Counted from the stretch's first letter, positions 11,578-23,530 are shown. The stretch is 57,017 nt of DNA from an uncultured Chlamydiae bacterium (GCA_963830365.1 CAWHMU010000020.1:1-57017); one strand, 5' to 3'. The notes: generated by a model not told the origin, from the letters alone. Program-made: numbers and translations.

Positions 11578-14500
11578 ATGCTCAATTTCAGAAAATTGAA
11601 AAAAGATTTTGCCCCTGCCATGATAAAAGATGGCAAGGCCTTATGCGATAAACACGCCGTCACTGCAGCCAAAATCGTGAAGATGGGCGCGCAAGCCGTG
11701 CGCTTAAGCTGCCGCGTGGTCGGCAATTTTGAGAATGCCTACCACTGCGAGATCGAAATCAACCGGCGCGAATCCATCATCGTCGATTCCGACTGCGATT
11801 GCCCTTACAAATATGACTGCCAGCATCTGGCGGCCTTTCTCTTTTATCTGGAAGATCATTTTGATGAGATCGTCGTGGCTTATTCCAAAGAGACGGATCT
11901 GGAAGAGTCGCCCATTGCCGACGAAACAGAAAAAGCCACCCTGCGAGAGACTTTCAAAGAAGCAGAATGCAAAGAAGTCGTGCGGCGCGGCAAAAAAAAT
12001 CAAAAGGAACTCCTCCAGGAATATGTGGGAGCTTCCCAAGTTTTGGGCCAATCTCCTTTCTTCCTGCCCGAAGAGGAGCTGCAGGCCGATAAGGCGGAGC
12101 TTGCCATCGTTTTCTCACCCCCGCAGCACCCCGCCGATCAATTGAGCCTGTTCGAAATCCAGCTGGCCTTGCGCTTGCCATACCGTTCCAAGCCGTTGAA
12201 TATCCCCGACGTGAAGGAATTCTTCGATGCCGTGCGCTATGGCGAAGCCCTCTATATCGGCAGCAAGCGTTATTTCTTCACCTTCGAGTCTTTTGATGCT
12301 CTGTACAGCGATATCTTCCGCAAGGTGATGGACTTCGCCCGTTATGCCGATGCCAAGGAGGAGCGCAATCTGCGCATCGTGCAAATCGATCTTGAAGCCT
12401 TTGGCACGATTTTGGCCCACGCCTACGACCTGGCCAGCGCCAAGCCTTCGACCAGAAGCACCACCGACGATGGTGAGATCGAATTGCTGTCCATGCCCTG
12501 CTTCTATTGCGGCAATCTGGAAGAGCCTTTGCGCTTTTCCACCGCACATGCCCAGCTGCGTTTCGAATTGGAATACCTTGAAGCTCCAGCCCCCAAGATC
12601 TTGCTTAAACCTGAAATTCTGTTGGAAGGCAAAGCCCATAAGCCGGAAGATGTGTGCTTCTTCGAATGCGCCAAACCGGGCATGATCTATAAAAATTCCT
12701 ATTTCCGTTTCCAGCCGCATATCCGGCGCAAGCATCTGCGCAATATCCCGGTGCTGCGCGATATCACCATCCCCGAGCCTCTCTTCGGCACCTTTGTCGA
12801 AAATTCTCTGCCGGAATTCAGACGCTTTGTGCAGATTTCAAATAAGGAGATGATCGAGCGTTTTGTAACCCTGCCCTTTGTCGGTGAGCTTGGCGCCGAA
12901 TGCGAGATCCACTTTTTGGATGGCGAACTTGAAGCCAGCTTGAACTTTGTCTACGACGATATTAAAGTGCCCGCCGCCGCTGCCAAAATTACGCTGGAAC
13001 ACATTTTCCCTTTCGTGACCAAACAGGGGGTGCTGGCGCGCAATCTTACCGAGGAACAGAAGATCATCGAGGATCTGTTTCAAGACTTCCTTTATGACCC
13101 TCAGCAAGGGGTTTATAAGGTCAAAAGTGATAAGAAAATCGTCGAATTCATGACCGAAGTGATTCCGCGCAACCAGCAGCGCGTCAAGTTCAATTGTCCG
13201 GAAAATCTGCTCGACCAGTTCATCTATGACGACACGCATTTCAAACTCGATCTCAAGGAGACAGACCGCATCGATATGTATCGCGTGGACCTTAAGGTGG
13301 ATGGCCACCTGGCAGGCACTTCTGTCGATCAGCTGTGGGAATGCCTCTCTTCAAAGCGCGCCTTCATCGAGCTTGCCTCCAAGAAGCAAACCAAAAAGAA
13401 GGTCGGCGATGCGCAAGGCTTGCGTGCCCAGAAAATCCTGGTTTTGGATTTGGACCGGCTGGCTCCCGTGGTGCAGGTGTTTGATGAGCTGGGCATCAAG
13501 ATGCTGGATGACCACTGCGAAGAACGGCCGCTATGGAGCCTTTCCAGTATCGATGCCGAACAGTTTGCGGGCCTGCCGATAGAGTTTTCGATGAGCGACC
13601 GGCTGAAGGAAATTCAGGATCAGATGCTGGGCACCAAGGTGCTTGTGCCCCGTGCTATTCCGGCTGTCATCCAGGCTACCCTGCGCACCTACCAAGTCGA
13701 TGGCATCAGCTGGCTGGAGCGCTTGCGCGATATGCATCTCAATGGCATCCTGGCCGATGATATGGGCCTTGGCAAGACCTTGCAGGCTATCATTGCCATC
13801 ACCCAGCAGATGCACGACCATAAACACACCCTTTCCGTCGTTGTCTGCCCCACCTCGCTGGTGCACAACTGGAAGGAAGAATTCGGCAAATTCAATCCCA
13901 ATATCAGGGTGCTGCCGGTCGATGGCACCCCGGTGCAGCGCAAGAAATTGCTGACGGAAGTGAAAAAGTTCGATGTCATCATTACTTCCTATAGCCTATT
14001 GCAAAAAGATATTGAGATCTACAAATCCATTCCATTTGCCTACGCCATCCTGGATGAGGCCCAGCACATCAAAAACCGCGGCACGCGCAATGCAAAATCG
14101 GCCAAGATGATCCAGGCCAAACACCGCCTGATCCTCACCGGTACGCCGATAGAAAATTCGCTGGAAGAGCTGTGGAGCCTTTTCGACTTCCTCATGCCCG
14201 GCTTGCTAAGCTCCTACGACCGCTTCGTGGAAAAATATATCCGCCACCCAAGCCAGCCCAAAGGGGTGTGCCTTGAGTTGTTGCGCCGCAAGGTGTCGCC
14301 ATTCATCCTGCGTCGCATGAAAAAGGATGTGCTTGCCGATCTGCCGCCGGTGGCTGAAATCGTCTACCACTGCCATCTTTCCGATGTGCAGCGCGAGCTT
14401 TATCATTCGTATGCCCAGTCGGCGCGCGAAGAGCTGTCACAACTTGTTAAGCGCGAAGGTTTTGACAAGGTGCAAATCCATGTACTGGCCACGCTGACGC

Positions 14501-15072
14501 GCCTGAAACAAATCTGCTGCCACCCAGCTATCTTTGCCAAAGAGAAACCTGAAGTTGGCGATTCGGCCAAATACGACATGCTGATGGAACTTTTGCAGAC
14601 GCTGATCGAAGGCAAACATAAAACGGTGATATTCAGTCAATATACGCGCATGCTGAAAATTTTGCGCGAAGATCTGCAGCAGATGGGCATCCAGTTTGAA
14701 TACCTCGACGGTTCAAGCAAAAACCGCATGGCCATCGTCAAACGCTTTAATGAAGATGAAAATATTTCTGTCTTCCTCGTTTCCCTAAAGGCCGGAGGCT
14801 CAGGCCTTAACCTCGTCGGCGCCGATACGGTGATCCACTATGACATGTGGTGGAATCCGGCCGTAGAGAGCCAGGCGACAGACCGCGTGCACCGCATCGG
14901 ACAGAAAAGTTCAGTTTCTTCATATAAGTTAGTGACACTAAATACAATAGAGGAGAAGATAGTAGAGCTTCAAAATCGCAAAAAGGGCATCGTTAAGAAG
15001 ATTATCAATTGTGATGAAGAAGCCATTTCCAAACTGACTTGGGAAGAGGTTTTGGAGCTTTTGCAGACATAA
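11578..15072 (+). CDS. SWIM zinc-finger SNF2/SWI2-family helicase
   Basis: CDCPYKYDCQH (SWIM), ILADDMGLGKT, DEAQ, TGTPIEN, QATDRVHRIGQ; same position as in Chlamydia between tig and mreB. Confidence 0.95.
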   Translation: MLNFRKLKKDFAPAMIKDGKALCDKHAVTAAKIVKMGAQAVRLSCRVVGNFENAYHCEIEINRRESIIVDSDCDCPYKYDCQHLAAFLFYLEDHFDEIVVAYSKETDLEESPIADETEKATLRETFKEAECKEVVRRGKKNQKELLQEYVGASQVLGQSPFFLPEEELQADKAELAIVFSPPQHPADQLSLFEIQLALRLPYRSKPLNIPDVKEFFDAVRYGEALYIGSKRYFFTFESFDALYSDIFRKVMDFARYADAKEERNLRIVQIDLEAFGTILAHAYDLASAKPSTRSTTDDGEIELLSMPCFYCGNLEEPLRFSTAHAQLRFELEYLEAPAPKILLKPEILLEGKAHKPEDVCFFECAKPGMIYKNSYFRFQPHIRRKHLRNIPVLRDITIPEPLFGTFVENSLPEFRRFVQISNKEMIERFVTLPFVGELGAECEIHFLDGELEASLNFVYDDIKVPAAAAKITLEHIFPFVTKQGVLARNLTEEQKIIEDLFQDFLYDPQQGVYKVKSDKKIVEFMTEVIPRNQQRVKFNCPENLLDQFIYDDTHFKLDLKETDRIDMYRVDLKVDGHLAGTSVDQLWECLSSKRAFIELASKKQTKKKVGDAQGLRAQKILVLDLDRLAPVVQVFDELGIKMLDDHCEERPLWSLSSIDAEQFAGLPIEFSMSDRLKEIQDQMLGTKVLVPRAIPAVIQATLRTYQVDGISWLERLRDMHLNGILADDMGLGKTLQAIIAITQQMHDHKHTLSVVVCPTSLVHNWKEEFGKFNPNIRVLPVDGTPVQRKKLLTEVKKFDVIITSYSLLQKDIEIYKSIPFAYAILDEAQHIKNRGTRNAKSAKMIQAKHRLILTGTPIENSLEELWSLFDFLMPGLLSSYDRFVEKYIRHPSQPKGVCLELLRRKVSPFILRRMKKDVLADLPPVAEIVYHCHLSDVQRELYHSYAQSAREELSQLVKREGFDKVQIHVLATLTRLKQICCHPAIFAKEKPEVGDSAKYDMLMELLQTLIEGKHKTVIFSQYTRMLKILREDLQQMGIQFEYLDGSSKNRMAIVKRFNEDENISVFLVSLKAGGSGLNLVGADTVIHYDMWWNPAVESQATDRVHRIGQKSSVSSYKLVTLNTIEEKIVELQNRKKGIVKKIINCDEEAISKLTWEEVLELLQT

Positions 15073-15122
15073 GGCAGTGTGCGCACTCCCTATAGGAACA
15101 GTTACAAGTAGGATCAGGTTTA

Positions 15123-16217
15123 ATGAGTAAAAGAAATCAGATGAGTTTTAGAGATGTCGCTACCAAATTCTATCGCACCGCCTTTGGTAAGCTGACAAAA
15201 TTCCGCGGCGTTTTTTCCAATGATATCGGCATCGATCTCGGTACGGCCAATACTCTTGTCTTCGTGCGCGGCAAGGGTATCGTGCTGGCCGAACCTTCCG
15301 TGGTGGCCGTCGATTCCATCACTAACGAAGTCTTGGCCGTCGGGCATAAAGCCAAGGCTATGCTCGGTAAAACCCCGCGCAAGATCCATGCCGTGCGCCC
15401 CATGAAAGATGGCGTCATCGCCGATTTCGAGATCGCCGAAGGCATGCTCAAAGCTCTGATCAAAAGGGTGACGCCCGCGCGCTCCCTCTTCCGTCCTAAA
15501 ATCCTCATCGCCGTACCCTCAGGCATCACGGGCGTGGAAAAACGGGCGGTCGAAGATTCCGCCCTGCATGCCGGCGCCCAAGAGGTCATCCTCATCGAAG
15601 AACCCATGGCCGCTGCCATCGGCGTGGATCTGCCCGTGCATGAACCGTCCGGCAATATGATTATTGATATCGGCGGCGGCACCACGGAAATTGCCATCAT
15701 CTCCTTAGGCGGCATCGTCGAATCGCGCTCCTTGCGCATCGCCGGCGATGAATTTGACGAATGCATCATCAACTACATGCGCCGTACCTACAATTTGATG
15801 ATCGGACCCCGTACGGCCGAAGATATCAAAATGACCATCGGCTCGGCCTATCCATTGGGCGGCAACGAGCTGGAAATGGAAGTGCGCGGCCGCGACCAGG
15901 TTGCCGGCTTGCCAGTCACCAAGCGCATCAATTCGGTGGAAATCCGCGAATGCCTGGCCGAACCGATCCAGCAGATCATCGAAAATGTCAAACTGACGCT
16001 GGAGAAATGCCCGCCTGAATTGGCGGCCGACCTTGTCGAAAGAGGCATGGTCCTGGCCGGCGGCGGCGCGCTGATCAAAGGCTTGGACAAAGCTCTGATC
16101 AAAGAGACTGGCTTGCCTGTCATCGTGGCGCCAAATCCGTTATTGGCGGTATGCTTGGGCACCGGTAAAGCCCTTGAATATCTCGACAAATTCAAACGGC
16201 GCAAATCGCTCATATAG
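15123..16217 (+). CDS. mreB: Rod shape-determining protein MreB
   Basis: [35 protein letters not shown]. Confidence 0.98.
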   Translation: MSKRNQMSFRDVATKFYRTAFGKLTKFRGVFSNDIGIDLGTANTLVFVRGKGIVLAEPSVVAVDSITNEVLAVGHKAKAMLGKTPRKIHAVRPMKDGVIADFEIAEGMLKALIKRVTPARSLFRPKILIAVPSGITGVEKRAVEDSALHAGAQEVILIEEPMAAAIGVDLPVHEPSGNMIIDIGGGTTEIAIISLGGIVESRSLRIAGDEFDECIINYMRRTYNLMIGPRTAEDIKMTIGSAYPLGGNELEMEVRGRDQVAGLPVTKRINSVEIRECLAEPIQQIIENVKLTLEKCPPELAADLVERGMVLAGGGALIKGLDKALIKETGLPVIVAPNPLLAVCLGTGKALEYLDKFKRRKSLI

Positions 16218-16232
16218 TAGGCAGTGACACCC

Positions 16233-16526
16233 ATGAAGCAAAACACAATTTTCACCACCGAGGCACAGAGATACAGAGAAATTGCAAAGGAATTCAACGA
16301 GGATGGCAGGATAGACAAACTATAAGGGATTTTGGTTGTGCTTAGCTCCTATGGTGCTCAGCAACGACCACAGCAACTTAAGGCAAATAAGATGGCTGAG
16401 GCAATCCAAGGGATTGAGACGAGGTTTCCTTTGCATTTTTGCATTTATCCTGTCTATCATGCCATCCTGTTTTTTGCCTTCTCTGTGTCTCGGTGTCTCG
16501 GTGGTGAAAATTGTGTTTTGCTTCAT
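16233..16526. repeat. ACAGAG-family inverted-repeat element (~45-bp arms)
   Basis: ATGAAGCAAAACACAATTTTCACCACCGAG... / ...CTCGGTGGTGAAAATTGTGTTTTGCTTCAT. Confidence 0.85.
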
Positions 16527-16571
16527 CTCTGTACCTGCGGTGAAAACTATTTTAACATGTATTAGGCATTT

Positions 16572-18383
16572 ATGATGACGCTCGACTCTTCTTCTTTCAC
16601 TCTTCCAGCTAACCTCCAGCCTCCCTTGCGAGAGTGGATCCTTAAAATGGCCGCCCTTTGCCAGCCGGATGACATCCGGATATGCGATGGCTCAAAAGAA
16701 GAATATGACCTGTTATGCCAACAAATGGTCGCTAAGGGCTCTTTTATCCGCTTGAATCCCGCACTGCGCCCCGATAGCTATCTCGTGCGTTCGACGCCGG
16801 ATGATGTCGCCAGGATCGAAGACCGCACGTTCATCTGTTCCGCACTCCGTGAAAATGCCGGACCGACCAACAACTGGTGCGATCCTAAGAAAATGAAAGA
16901 AACGCTGCTTAAATTATTTGCCGGCTGCATGCGCGGCCGCACGATGTATGTCATTCCGTATTGCATGGGACCGCTGGCTTCCGACTTCTCAGAGATCGGC
17001 GTGCAAATCACCGATTCTCCTTATGCGGTATGCAATATGCGCAGCATGACGCGCATGGGACAGCAAGTGCTTGACCTGCTTGAAGACGGACGGTTTGTGC
17101 CGGGCTTGCATTCGGTAGGCATGCCCTTGGCCGCCGGTGAAAACGATGTGCCTTGGCCTTGCAACAAGACAAAATATATCGTCCATTTTCCCGACGACCC
17201 CTCCATTTGGTCGTTCGGCAGCGGCTATGGGGGCAATGCCCTGCTGGGGAAGAAATGCTTTGCACTGCGCATCGCCTCGGTGATGGCGCGTGATGAGGGC
17301 TGGCTGGCTGAACATATGCTCATCCTGGGGATAACCAATCCTGAAGGCGAAAAGAAATATATCGCCGCCGCCTTCCCCAGCGCCTGCGGGAAGACCAACC
17401 TGGCCATGCTCACGGCCACCCTGCCGGGCTGGAAATTCGAAACTGTCGGCGACGATATCGCCTGGATGAAATTCGGCCAAGACGGCACGCTGCGCGCCAT
17501 CAACCCCGAAGCCGGCTTTTTCGGCGTCGCCCCCGGCACCTCCATGTGCTCAAATCCCAATGCCATGCGCACGATCAAACACAATGCCATCTTCACCAAT
17601 GTGGCGCTGACGGATGCCGGCGATGTATGGTGGGAAGGGATGGGCCCGCCGCCTGAACACCTGATCAGCTGGCTGGGGCATGACTGGTCTCCCGCTGCCA
17701 AAGAAAAAGCCGCACACCCCAACTCCCGCTTTACGGTGCCTGCCAGTCAGTGTCCGGTGATCGACCCCGCCTGGCAAGACCCTGCCGGCGTGCCTATCTC
17801 AGCCATCATCTTCGGCGGCCGCCGTTCTTCGGTGGTGCCTTTGGTGACTGAGGCTTTCAATTGGGAACATGGCGTCTTTATGGGTGCCTCGCTGACATCG
17901 GAGACAACGGCTGCGGCCGCAGGCGCGGTGGGCAAGCTCAGATTCGATCCTTTTGCCATGCTGCCCTTCTGTGGCTATCATATGGGGGATTATTTTAAAC
18001 ATTGGCTGCAGATTAAAGACCATGGCGATCCTGCCAAATTGCTGCGCTTCTATTATGTCAATTGGTTCCGCAAAGGCAGCCACGGCGAGTTCCTATGGCC
18101 AGGTTTTGGTGAAAATTGCCGTGTCATAAAATGGATCTTTGAACGCCTTTCCGGTTCTGCCGAGGCCGTCGCCACCCCCATAGGACTGCTGCCGGCCGAG
18201 GAAAGTTTCGATAAGGCTGGGCTGGCATTGACCGCCCAAGACTGGCGGCAATTATGGCATATCGATCGCAACGAATGGATGCAGCAGGCGGCAGAAATCG
18301 AGAAATATTTCACCCTTTTCGGAGACAAGCTGCCTGCAGCTATGAGTGATCAGATAGCAAAGCTTAAAGCCAGATTGGGTTAA
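16572..18383 (+). CDS. pckG: Phosphoenolpyruvate carboxykinase (GTP)
   Basis: [57 protein letters not shown]. Confidence 0.97.
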   Translation: MMTLDSSSFTLPANLQPPLREWILKMAALCQPDDIRICDGSKEEYDLLCQQMVAKGSFIRLNPALRPDSYLVRSTPDDVARIEDRTFICSALRENAGPTNNWCDPKKMKETLLKLFAGCMRGRTMYVIPYCMGPLASDFSEIGVQITDSPYAVCNMRSMTRMGQQVLDLLEDGRFVPGLHSVGMPLAAGENDVPWPCNKTKYIVHFPDDPSIWSFGSGYGGNALLGKKCFALRIASVMARDEGWLAEHMLILGITNPEGEKKYIAAAFPSACGKTNLAMLTATLPGWKFETVGDDIAWMKFGQDGTLRAINPEAGFFGVAPGTSMCSNPNAMRTIKHNAIFTNVALTDAGDVWWEGMGPPPEHLISWLGHDWSPAAKEKAAHPNSRFTVPASQCPVIDPAWQDPAGVPISAIIFGGRRSSVVPLVTEAFNWEHGVFMGASLTSETTAAAAGAVGKLRFDPFAMLPFCGYHMGDYFKHWLQIKDHGDPAKLLRFYYVNWFRKGSHGEFLWPGFGENCRVIKWIFERLSGSAEAVATPIGLLPAEESFDKAGLALTAQDWRQLWHIDRNEWMQQAAEIEKYFTLFGDKLPAAMSDQIAKLKARLG

Positions 18384-18504
18384 ATATAAATACTAGAGAT
18401 TACAAAACCTAAAACATACGCGGAGCATTTGGAGTACGGAAGGCTCTTTCGCTGTGGAGCAGCGGGGAACCCTCCCGTATCGGGAAATAACATAATCTCA
18501 AGAC

Positions 18505-18782
18505 TGACCATGTTGCTGAGCTCCTTAGGAGCGGCCATATTTGTAGCCCACGGTGTAACGCCAACGGCGTAAACCGTGGGTCATAATAAAAAAATAACCC
18601 AGTCCCAAAGGGGCGTTATAATTGAATTTCGGGATTTCATTTTTCGTTAGCAATCGAGGAGAAAAATTATAACGCCCCCTTGGGGCTAAATTGATTATGT
18701 GATGACCCACGGTTTGCGCCGGCTGGCGCTACACCGTGGGCTACAAATATGGCCGCTCCTAAGGAGCTCAGCAACATGGTCA
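18505..18782. repeat. Large palindromic REP-like element (CCCACGG..CCGTGGG family)
   Basis: Near-perfect arms TGACCATGTTGCTGAGCTCCTTAGGAGCGGCCATATTTGTAGCCCACGGTGTA and its reverse complement; relative at 23271. Confidence 0.85.
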
Positions 18783-18970
18783 AGCCTTGAAATTTGTTAT
18801 TTAGGAGAGGCAGCCCAAAGGCGCAAAGGAAGACAACGGACCTGGTTGTTATTTTTATTTGTTGCTGTTTGTTACTTTGCGTCTTTGTGCCTCTTGGCTG
18901 TTCCTTTGCGTTGAAATTTTGCTAAAAGCATTCATGAGTTAATCCAAGTGCCAGAATTAGAGAATAAAAT

Positions 18971-20518
18971 ATGACCAACCGCTTGAACTATTTCCGCCGC
19001 TTTACCATCGCCCTCATTATTAGTGGCGCCCTCAATATTGCCATGCTAGCGATTTTTATATATCTAGGGCTGCGCGAGCGTCCACCGACTCCATATTATG
19101 AGCTGAAGCCTGCCAATCTGAAGGAACAGCAGAGTCCGCTGGCTATCGACCATAGCAACAGCGAAGTTGTGCGTTACTTTAAAAAGATGTCTTTAGAATG
19201 GCTGGTGGCCAGACTCAATAATCTACAGCTGGTTGAGAATGGCTACACCCAGCGCGATCTGGCCCTGGCCGCCCTGGTCGATTTTCACTATTTCGATCTG
19301 GAGCGTGCTCTGGCAGGTCTTTCCGCCCCAAGCCAGAAGCGCATGCTCGTCTACGGCAAGTTCCGCGATGGCAGACCGGCTGAACTGATGGTTTATCCCG
19401 GACTAACTGATAGGCATTACGAAGCTATCGTGGCTTTTGCCACCACAGAACGCTGGCCTCTGACAAGTCATGGGCTTTTTCTAGCCATGCGCAAAGCACA
19501 GAGTGCAAACCCTTCGCTGGCCTATGCTTTTTCCATGACCCCCGAATTTTTGACTGTCGAAATGCTCTTCGGCAGGGGAGAGGTGGCTGCCGCTAAGCAG
19601 GATCTCATCGAGGTGCTGGTGCAGGGCGATTGGCAGACGCTTTCGGCTTTCGTGGAGCAGCAGCGAGCCTCGCAAGATCTCTCCGCGGCGCGCAGGCAGC
19701 GCTTCTTGCTTGATTATATCAAGCTAAACTCCAAAGCCGCCGCCAACCTCATGCTGAAGACTGATGGTGCCTTTGCAGCCCATCGGCTTGACGATGCCAA
19801 TGTCATGCTGCTGCTGCAGCTGTTAGAGGAGAAAAATACTGAAGCCGAACAGTTCGCTTCGGCTCTGCTGACCAGTCCGCGCTCAGACGATGTGTGGAAG
19901 ATGGCGGCCACGCGCCTTTATGAATATGCCGGCGAAAGCATGCCTGAAAAAAATCTCCACCACAATGCCCTTTCCCGCTTTATGCCCCAGCATCTGGTCC
20001 TTGAGCCTGTCAGAGATGCCGTCAGACAGGCCGTCGAACCGCCCGCACCGGCCATCGCGTCGGCTGCGCCGCCCATTCCGCCCCCGCCATCCCGCGCCCC
20101 CGCCAAACCTCAGGTGCCGCCAGCCACCCAAACACTGGCCAATTCTCCGCCTGCCAGTACCCCACCTGCCAAGACTATGCCAGTAAAGTCTCTGCCAGTC
20201 AAATCTCAGACGCCCATCAGCCGGTCCCCCGCCCCCAAAAACTCGCCAGCGGTAGCCGCAAATACTCCTTCCAAACAGCAGCTGCCTATCTTTTCCAAAG
20301 AAAAATCCACCGGCAAACCTGTGGCCAAACCAACCGTTAAAACGGTAAAACCGCCCGTCCCGGTGGCCAAAAACGATCAGCGTCGCTATATCGTCCAAGA
20401 TGGCGATACTTTATGGAAGATTTCCCAGCGTTTTAACGTCGATGTGCAGCAGCTGAAATCGAGCAACAAGCTAGATTCCGACGCTCTCCGCCCCGGCCGC
20501 ACCCTGCGCATTCCATAG
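18971..20518 (+). CDS. Membrane-anchored LysM-domain protein with Pro-rich linker (chlamydial CT474-like)
   Basis: N-terminal TM segment; C-terminal YIVQDGDTLWKISQRFNV...LRPGRTLRIP; adjacent to yidD. Confidence 0.85.
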   Translation: MTNRLNYFRRFTIALIISGALNIAMLAIFIYLGLRERPPTPYYELKPANLKEQQSPLAIDHSNSEVVRYFKKMSLEWLVARLNNLQLVENGYTQRDLALAALVDFHYFDLERALAGLSAPSQKRMLVYGKFRDGRPAELMVYPGLTDRHYEAIVAFATTERWPLTSHGLFLAMRKAQSANPSLAYAFSMTPEFLTVEMLFGRGEVAAAKQDLIEVLVQGDWQTLSAFVEQQRASQDLSAARRQRFLLDYIKLNSKAAANLMLKTDGAFAAHRLDDANVMLLLQLLEEKNTEAEQFASALLTSPRSDDVWKMAATRLYEYAGESMPEKNLHHNALSRFMPQHLVLEPVRDAVRQAVEPPAPAIASAAPPIPPPPSRAPAKPQVPPATQTLANSPPASTPPAKTMPVKSLPVKSQTPISRSPAPKNSPAVAANTPSKQQLPIFSKEKSTGKPVAKPTVKTVKPPVPVAKNDQRRYIVQDGDTLWKISQRFNVDVQQLKSSNKLDSDALRPGRTLRIP

Positions 20519-20556
20519 CCTCTATCCAGCTCCTGTGTAATTCGAACCCGAAAGTT

Positions 20557-21101
20557 CACCACAGAGGCACAGAGACACAGAGAGACAAGCAGCAAAAAAA
20601 GGTTCATCGCACAATCGCGTACCTCCCCAAATGTAAACTAATGGAGGTTGTTAAATAAATCAGACATAATGCAAATGGCGCGTTCGATCCTGTGAAGGAA
20701 TGATTTGAGTTGGCACTGCCATACTAGAGATAGGGCACAAGCCATGAGAACATTTTTAAAGCCTCGATAGAGGCGGCAGCATGTAGCCACATGCGTCAGC
20801 GTGTGGTCATCGCATGTTTAGAAACAAAGCCGTGCATATGGCGGCAGCAATGACTAAAGGATAGTAGATGCTATATTAATCGCATCTAATTCAGCTTCCC
20901 TCGAAATTGCTGTCGCCGTATTCACGGCTCTCTTTATACTACATTTTGTTCCATAGGTTGACACCTATGGCTACATGCTTCCGCCTCTATCGAGGCTAAC
21001 TAGACCTTCTGTGCTAGAATGCCGATTTGTTTCAAAGAGAACATTACAAATAGCCATATTTTTTGCTGCTTGTCTCTCTGTGTCTCTGTGCCTCTGTGGT
21101 G
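20557..21101. mobile_element. ACAGAG inverted-repeat element whose centre holds a 3'-truncated copy (20601-21053) of the GGTTCATCGCAC MITE
   Basis: Arms CACCACAGAGGCACAGAGACACAGAGAGACAAGCAGCAAAAAA / TTTTTTGCTGCTTGTCTCTCTGTGTCTCTGTGCCTCTGTGGTG; interior matches 10832-11220. Confidence 0.85.
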
Positions 21102-21113
21102 CGCTTCTTCGAC

Positions 21114-21323
21114 TTAGGGGACGGGGTCGTGGCCGCTGTCGCACCAGGGGTTGCAGCGCACAATGCGCTTTACGGCCAGCCAGCCGCCGCGCATGAAGCC
21201 GTGCTTTTGCAAGGCTTCGACAGCGTAATGTGAACAGGAAGGAGTGAAGCGGCAGGTGTCACCCAGTAATGGCGAGATGCACCATTGATAGAGGCGGATG
21301 ATGGCGATCGCCAAAAATTTCAT
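21114..21323 (-). CDS. yidD: Membrane protein insertion efficiency factor YidD
   Basis: [31 protein letters not shown]...RCNPW...GHDPVP. Confidence 0.95.
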   Translation of the reverse strand: MKFLAIAIIRLYQWCISPLLGDTCRFTPSCSHYAVEALQKHGFMRGGWLAVKRIVRCNPWCDSGHDPVP

Positions 21324-21333
21324 ATGCGCTGCT

Positions 21334-22134
21334 TTAGATGATTTGGAAGACGTCGCTCATCAGCGACAAAGCCACTTCGATGACGATCAAAATGATGATG
21401 ATCCATTCCAGCCGGCTGGAATGGAGGTGGTTTAGCTCGGTGCCCAGCATCTCAAAGAGTCCGTGGATCACATCCAGGCGGTGATTGAGCACTTCCACAC
21501 GCGTGTGGATGTCGAGATATTTGGCAATAATGATATAATAGGGCTCAAGCTCCGGATATTCCCAGAAAAATTCAGGGGTGTCCAGCACGTCCATATGCAG
21601 ATTGATGGTCGTGCGCTCAATAAACAGCTCGCCCATCTTGCGCCTTATCTCGCGACGCGATAGCGGGATCTTGCCGTGCGCGGCTAGGTCTTCGGGGATC
21701 TGCTTATTGGCATTGAACGTTCTTTGCAGGCGCGTCTCAAAAGTCCCCAGTTTAACCGATTGGCCGATGCCTTGCGAAAAGGCTAGCTTGGTAAGGACGT
21801 CTGTATTGGGTAGCGTGATTTCATCTTCCAGGACTTTAGCCGTCTTACCATAACTGTAGGTGAATTCATCGGTTTCGGAATCGTTTTTAGAGTCTTGATG
21901 CAGTCCGTAGCTATGCACATCATCGCGCAAAATCTGCAGCGCCAGCTCTTTGGGGATGCCCCAGAAGACGACCGCACCATAAGAGAAAAAAAACGCATCG
22001 CAGCTAAGGCCATCTTTTTGCAAGACAACATGGAAGGCATCGCGAAAAAGTGTCGCTTTATGCGTCGTGCGCATAGCTTCGTACAAGGGTTTGATGGCAT
22101 AGCTTGTCGCCATGCAGAAAGCAGAACAGTCCAT
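21334..22134 (-). CDS. RMD1/DUF155 (YagE-like) family protein
   Basis: [45 protein letters not shown]. Confidence 0.9.
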   Translation of the reverse strand: MDCSAFCMATSYAIKPLYEAMRTTHKATLFRDAFHVVLQKDGLSCDAFFFSYGAVVFWGIPKELALQILRDDVHSYGLHQDSKNDSETDEFTYSYGKTAKVLEDEITLPNTDVLTKLAFSQGIGQSVKLGTFETRLQRTFNANKQIPEDLAAHGKIPLSRREIRRKMGELFIERTTINLHMDVLDTPEFFWEYPELEPYYIIIAKYLDIHTRVEVLNHRLDVIHGLFEMLGTELNHLHSSRLEWIIIILIVIEVALSLMSDVFQII

Positions 22135-22164
22135 AAAATTTCCAAATGAGAATAGATCTGTTGT

Positions 22165-22331
22165 TATACCGAACGTGGTTCAAAATTTGGCATTTCGAGC
22201 TGCGCCAAAATCCCCGCGGATCAAAGATCGTAGGCGACCCAATATTAAGTCAATATGGGGTCGCCTACGATCTTTGATCCCCGGGGTTTTGGCGCGCTCG
22301 AAATGCCAAATTTTGAACCACGTTCGGTATA
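22165..22331. repeat. 167-bp palindromic element with TATACC...GGTATA ends
   Basis: Near-perfect full-length palindrome; relative at 38747-38910. Confidence 0.85.
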
Positions 22332-22350
22332 TACCAGAATCTAATGAAAT

Positions 22351-22434
22351 TGCGAAAGAGGGGACTTGAACCCCTACGAGGTTACCCTCACTACCACCTC
22401 AAAGTAGCGCGTATACCAATTCCGCCACTTTCGC
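22351..22434 (-). tRNA. tRNA-Leu(GAG)
   Basis: Reverse complement GCGAAAGTGGCGGAATTGGTATACGCGCTACTTTGAGGTGGTAG... with long variable arm. Confidence 0.95.
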
Positions 22435-22579
22435 AAAGATAGAACATTGAAGAGAGGTCTATCCTAGCAATTTTGGCCAAATTACTGCAACAAAATAATG
22501 CGCGCTACTTATAACATTTGCATTTATTTGCAAATGGGGTATCAAAAGATTAATTGAAAACCAACTTTGAGAGGCTCCT

Positions 22580-22948
22580 ATGACCCCATCGGCAGTGCAC
22601 AGCCAAACACCTCATGAGTATGTCAACAACCCCCCTTCATCGGCAGCTGAGCTAAAGAAGCCTGACGAACAGCCCTCTCAGGCTTTAAAGCCTACCACCA
22701 AACGGGAGCTTCGCATTCAGCAAAAGCTTAGCGACCTTGAAGCTCGAATTAATAAAAAAGACGAAAGAATTACTGAGCTTGAAGGAGTTATTGACACCTG
22801 GGTAGGTGTCGTGCGGAGATCCGAAACTCTAAAGCAAGAAATCAACCGTCTCAAGCATGAAAATAGTCTCTTGGAAGCTAAGATTTTGCAAAACTTGGCA
22901 AAAAATGGCGCGGCCACGCCAGCCTCCTGCAACTGCATCATCCTATAG
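22580..22948 (+). CDS. Small coiled-coil protein ending in CaaX motif (CNCIIL); candidate effector
   Basis: GAGAGG RBS upstream, low-complexity S/P N-terminus, heptad pattern, terminal CIIL. Confidence 0.7.
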   Translation: MTPSAVHSQTPHEYVNNPPSSAAELKKPDEQPSQALKPTTKRELRIQQKLSDLEARINKKDERITELEGVIDTWVGVVRRSETLKQEINRLKHENSLLEAKILQNLAKNGAATPASCNCIIL

Positions 22949-23270
22949 ATTGGTTCAATGCGCCATTTGCCCACGCCGTTCAGCCAACACCAACGTCCCG
23001 AGCTTTAGAGAAGTACTACAATGACTCCGGCAATCCATAGCGCTGTTTCTAAAATCCCCATAAAATTACCTCATTATAAATCAGCTTTAGTTTGCCATGT
23101 TGTTGTGCTTTTAATTTTAGGCTCATCACATAAATGAGTACCAATGAGATTTTCCTGATCTTCTCTGTGACTCTGTGCCTCTGTGCTAAAATCTGCTTGC
23201 TGGTGGTATAATATTATTAATCAATATTTTACGAAAATTTCACCACCGAGACACAGAGACACGCATTTTT

Positions 23271-23530
23271 TGCTGAGCCCCGTCGTGGGGCGGCTATATT
23301 TGTAGCCCATGGTGTAGTGCCAAGGGCACAAACCATGGGTATCATGAGAAAGAAAACCAGCCCCGAGGGGGCGTTATCATTGTTTTTTTGCTTTTCATTC
23401 TTGCTGATAGCAGCGAAGGAATTATAACGCCCCTCTGGGGCTGGATTGTTTTGGGATTGTGACCCACGGTTTGCGTCATTGACGCTACACCGTGGGCTAC
23501 AAATATGGCCGCCCTTGACGGGGCTCAGCA
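23271..23530. repeat. Palindromic REP-like element, same family as 18505-18782, next to ACAGAG half-sites (23161-23262)
   Basis: TGCTGAGCCCCGTC..GGGCGGC.ATATTTGTAGCCCA / TGGGCTACAAATATGGCCGCCC..GACGGGGCTCAGCA. Confidence 0.8.

Noticed and set aside
10835..11726. ORFs 10835..11092, 11142..11651, 11325..11726 and similar ORFs at 20975, 23229, 33768, 34249, 34639
   Set aside because: They lie within MITEs or palindromes and show no protein-family signal.
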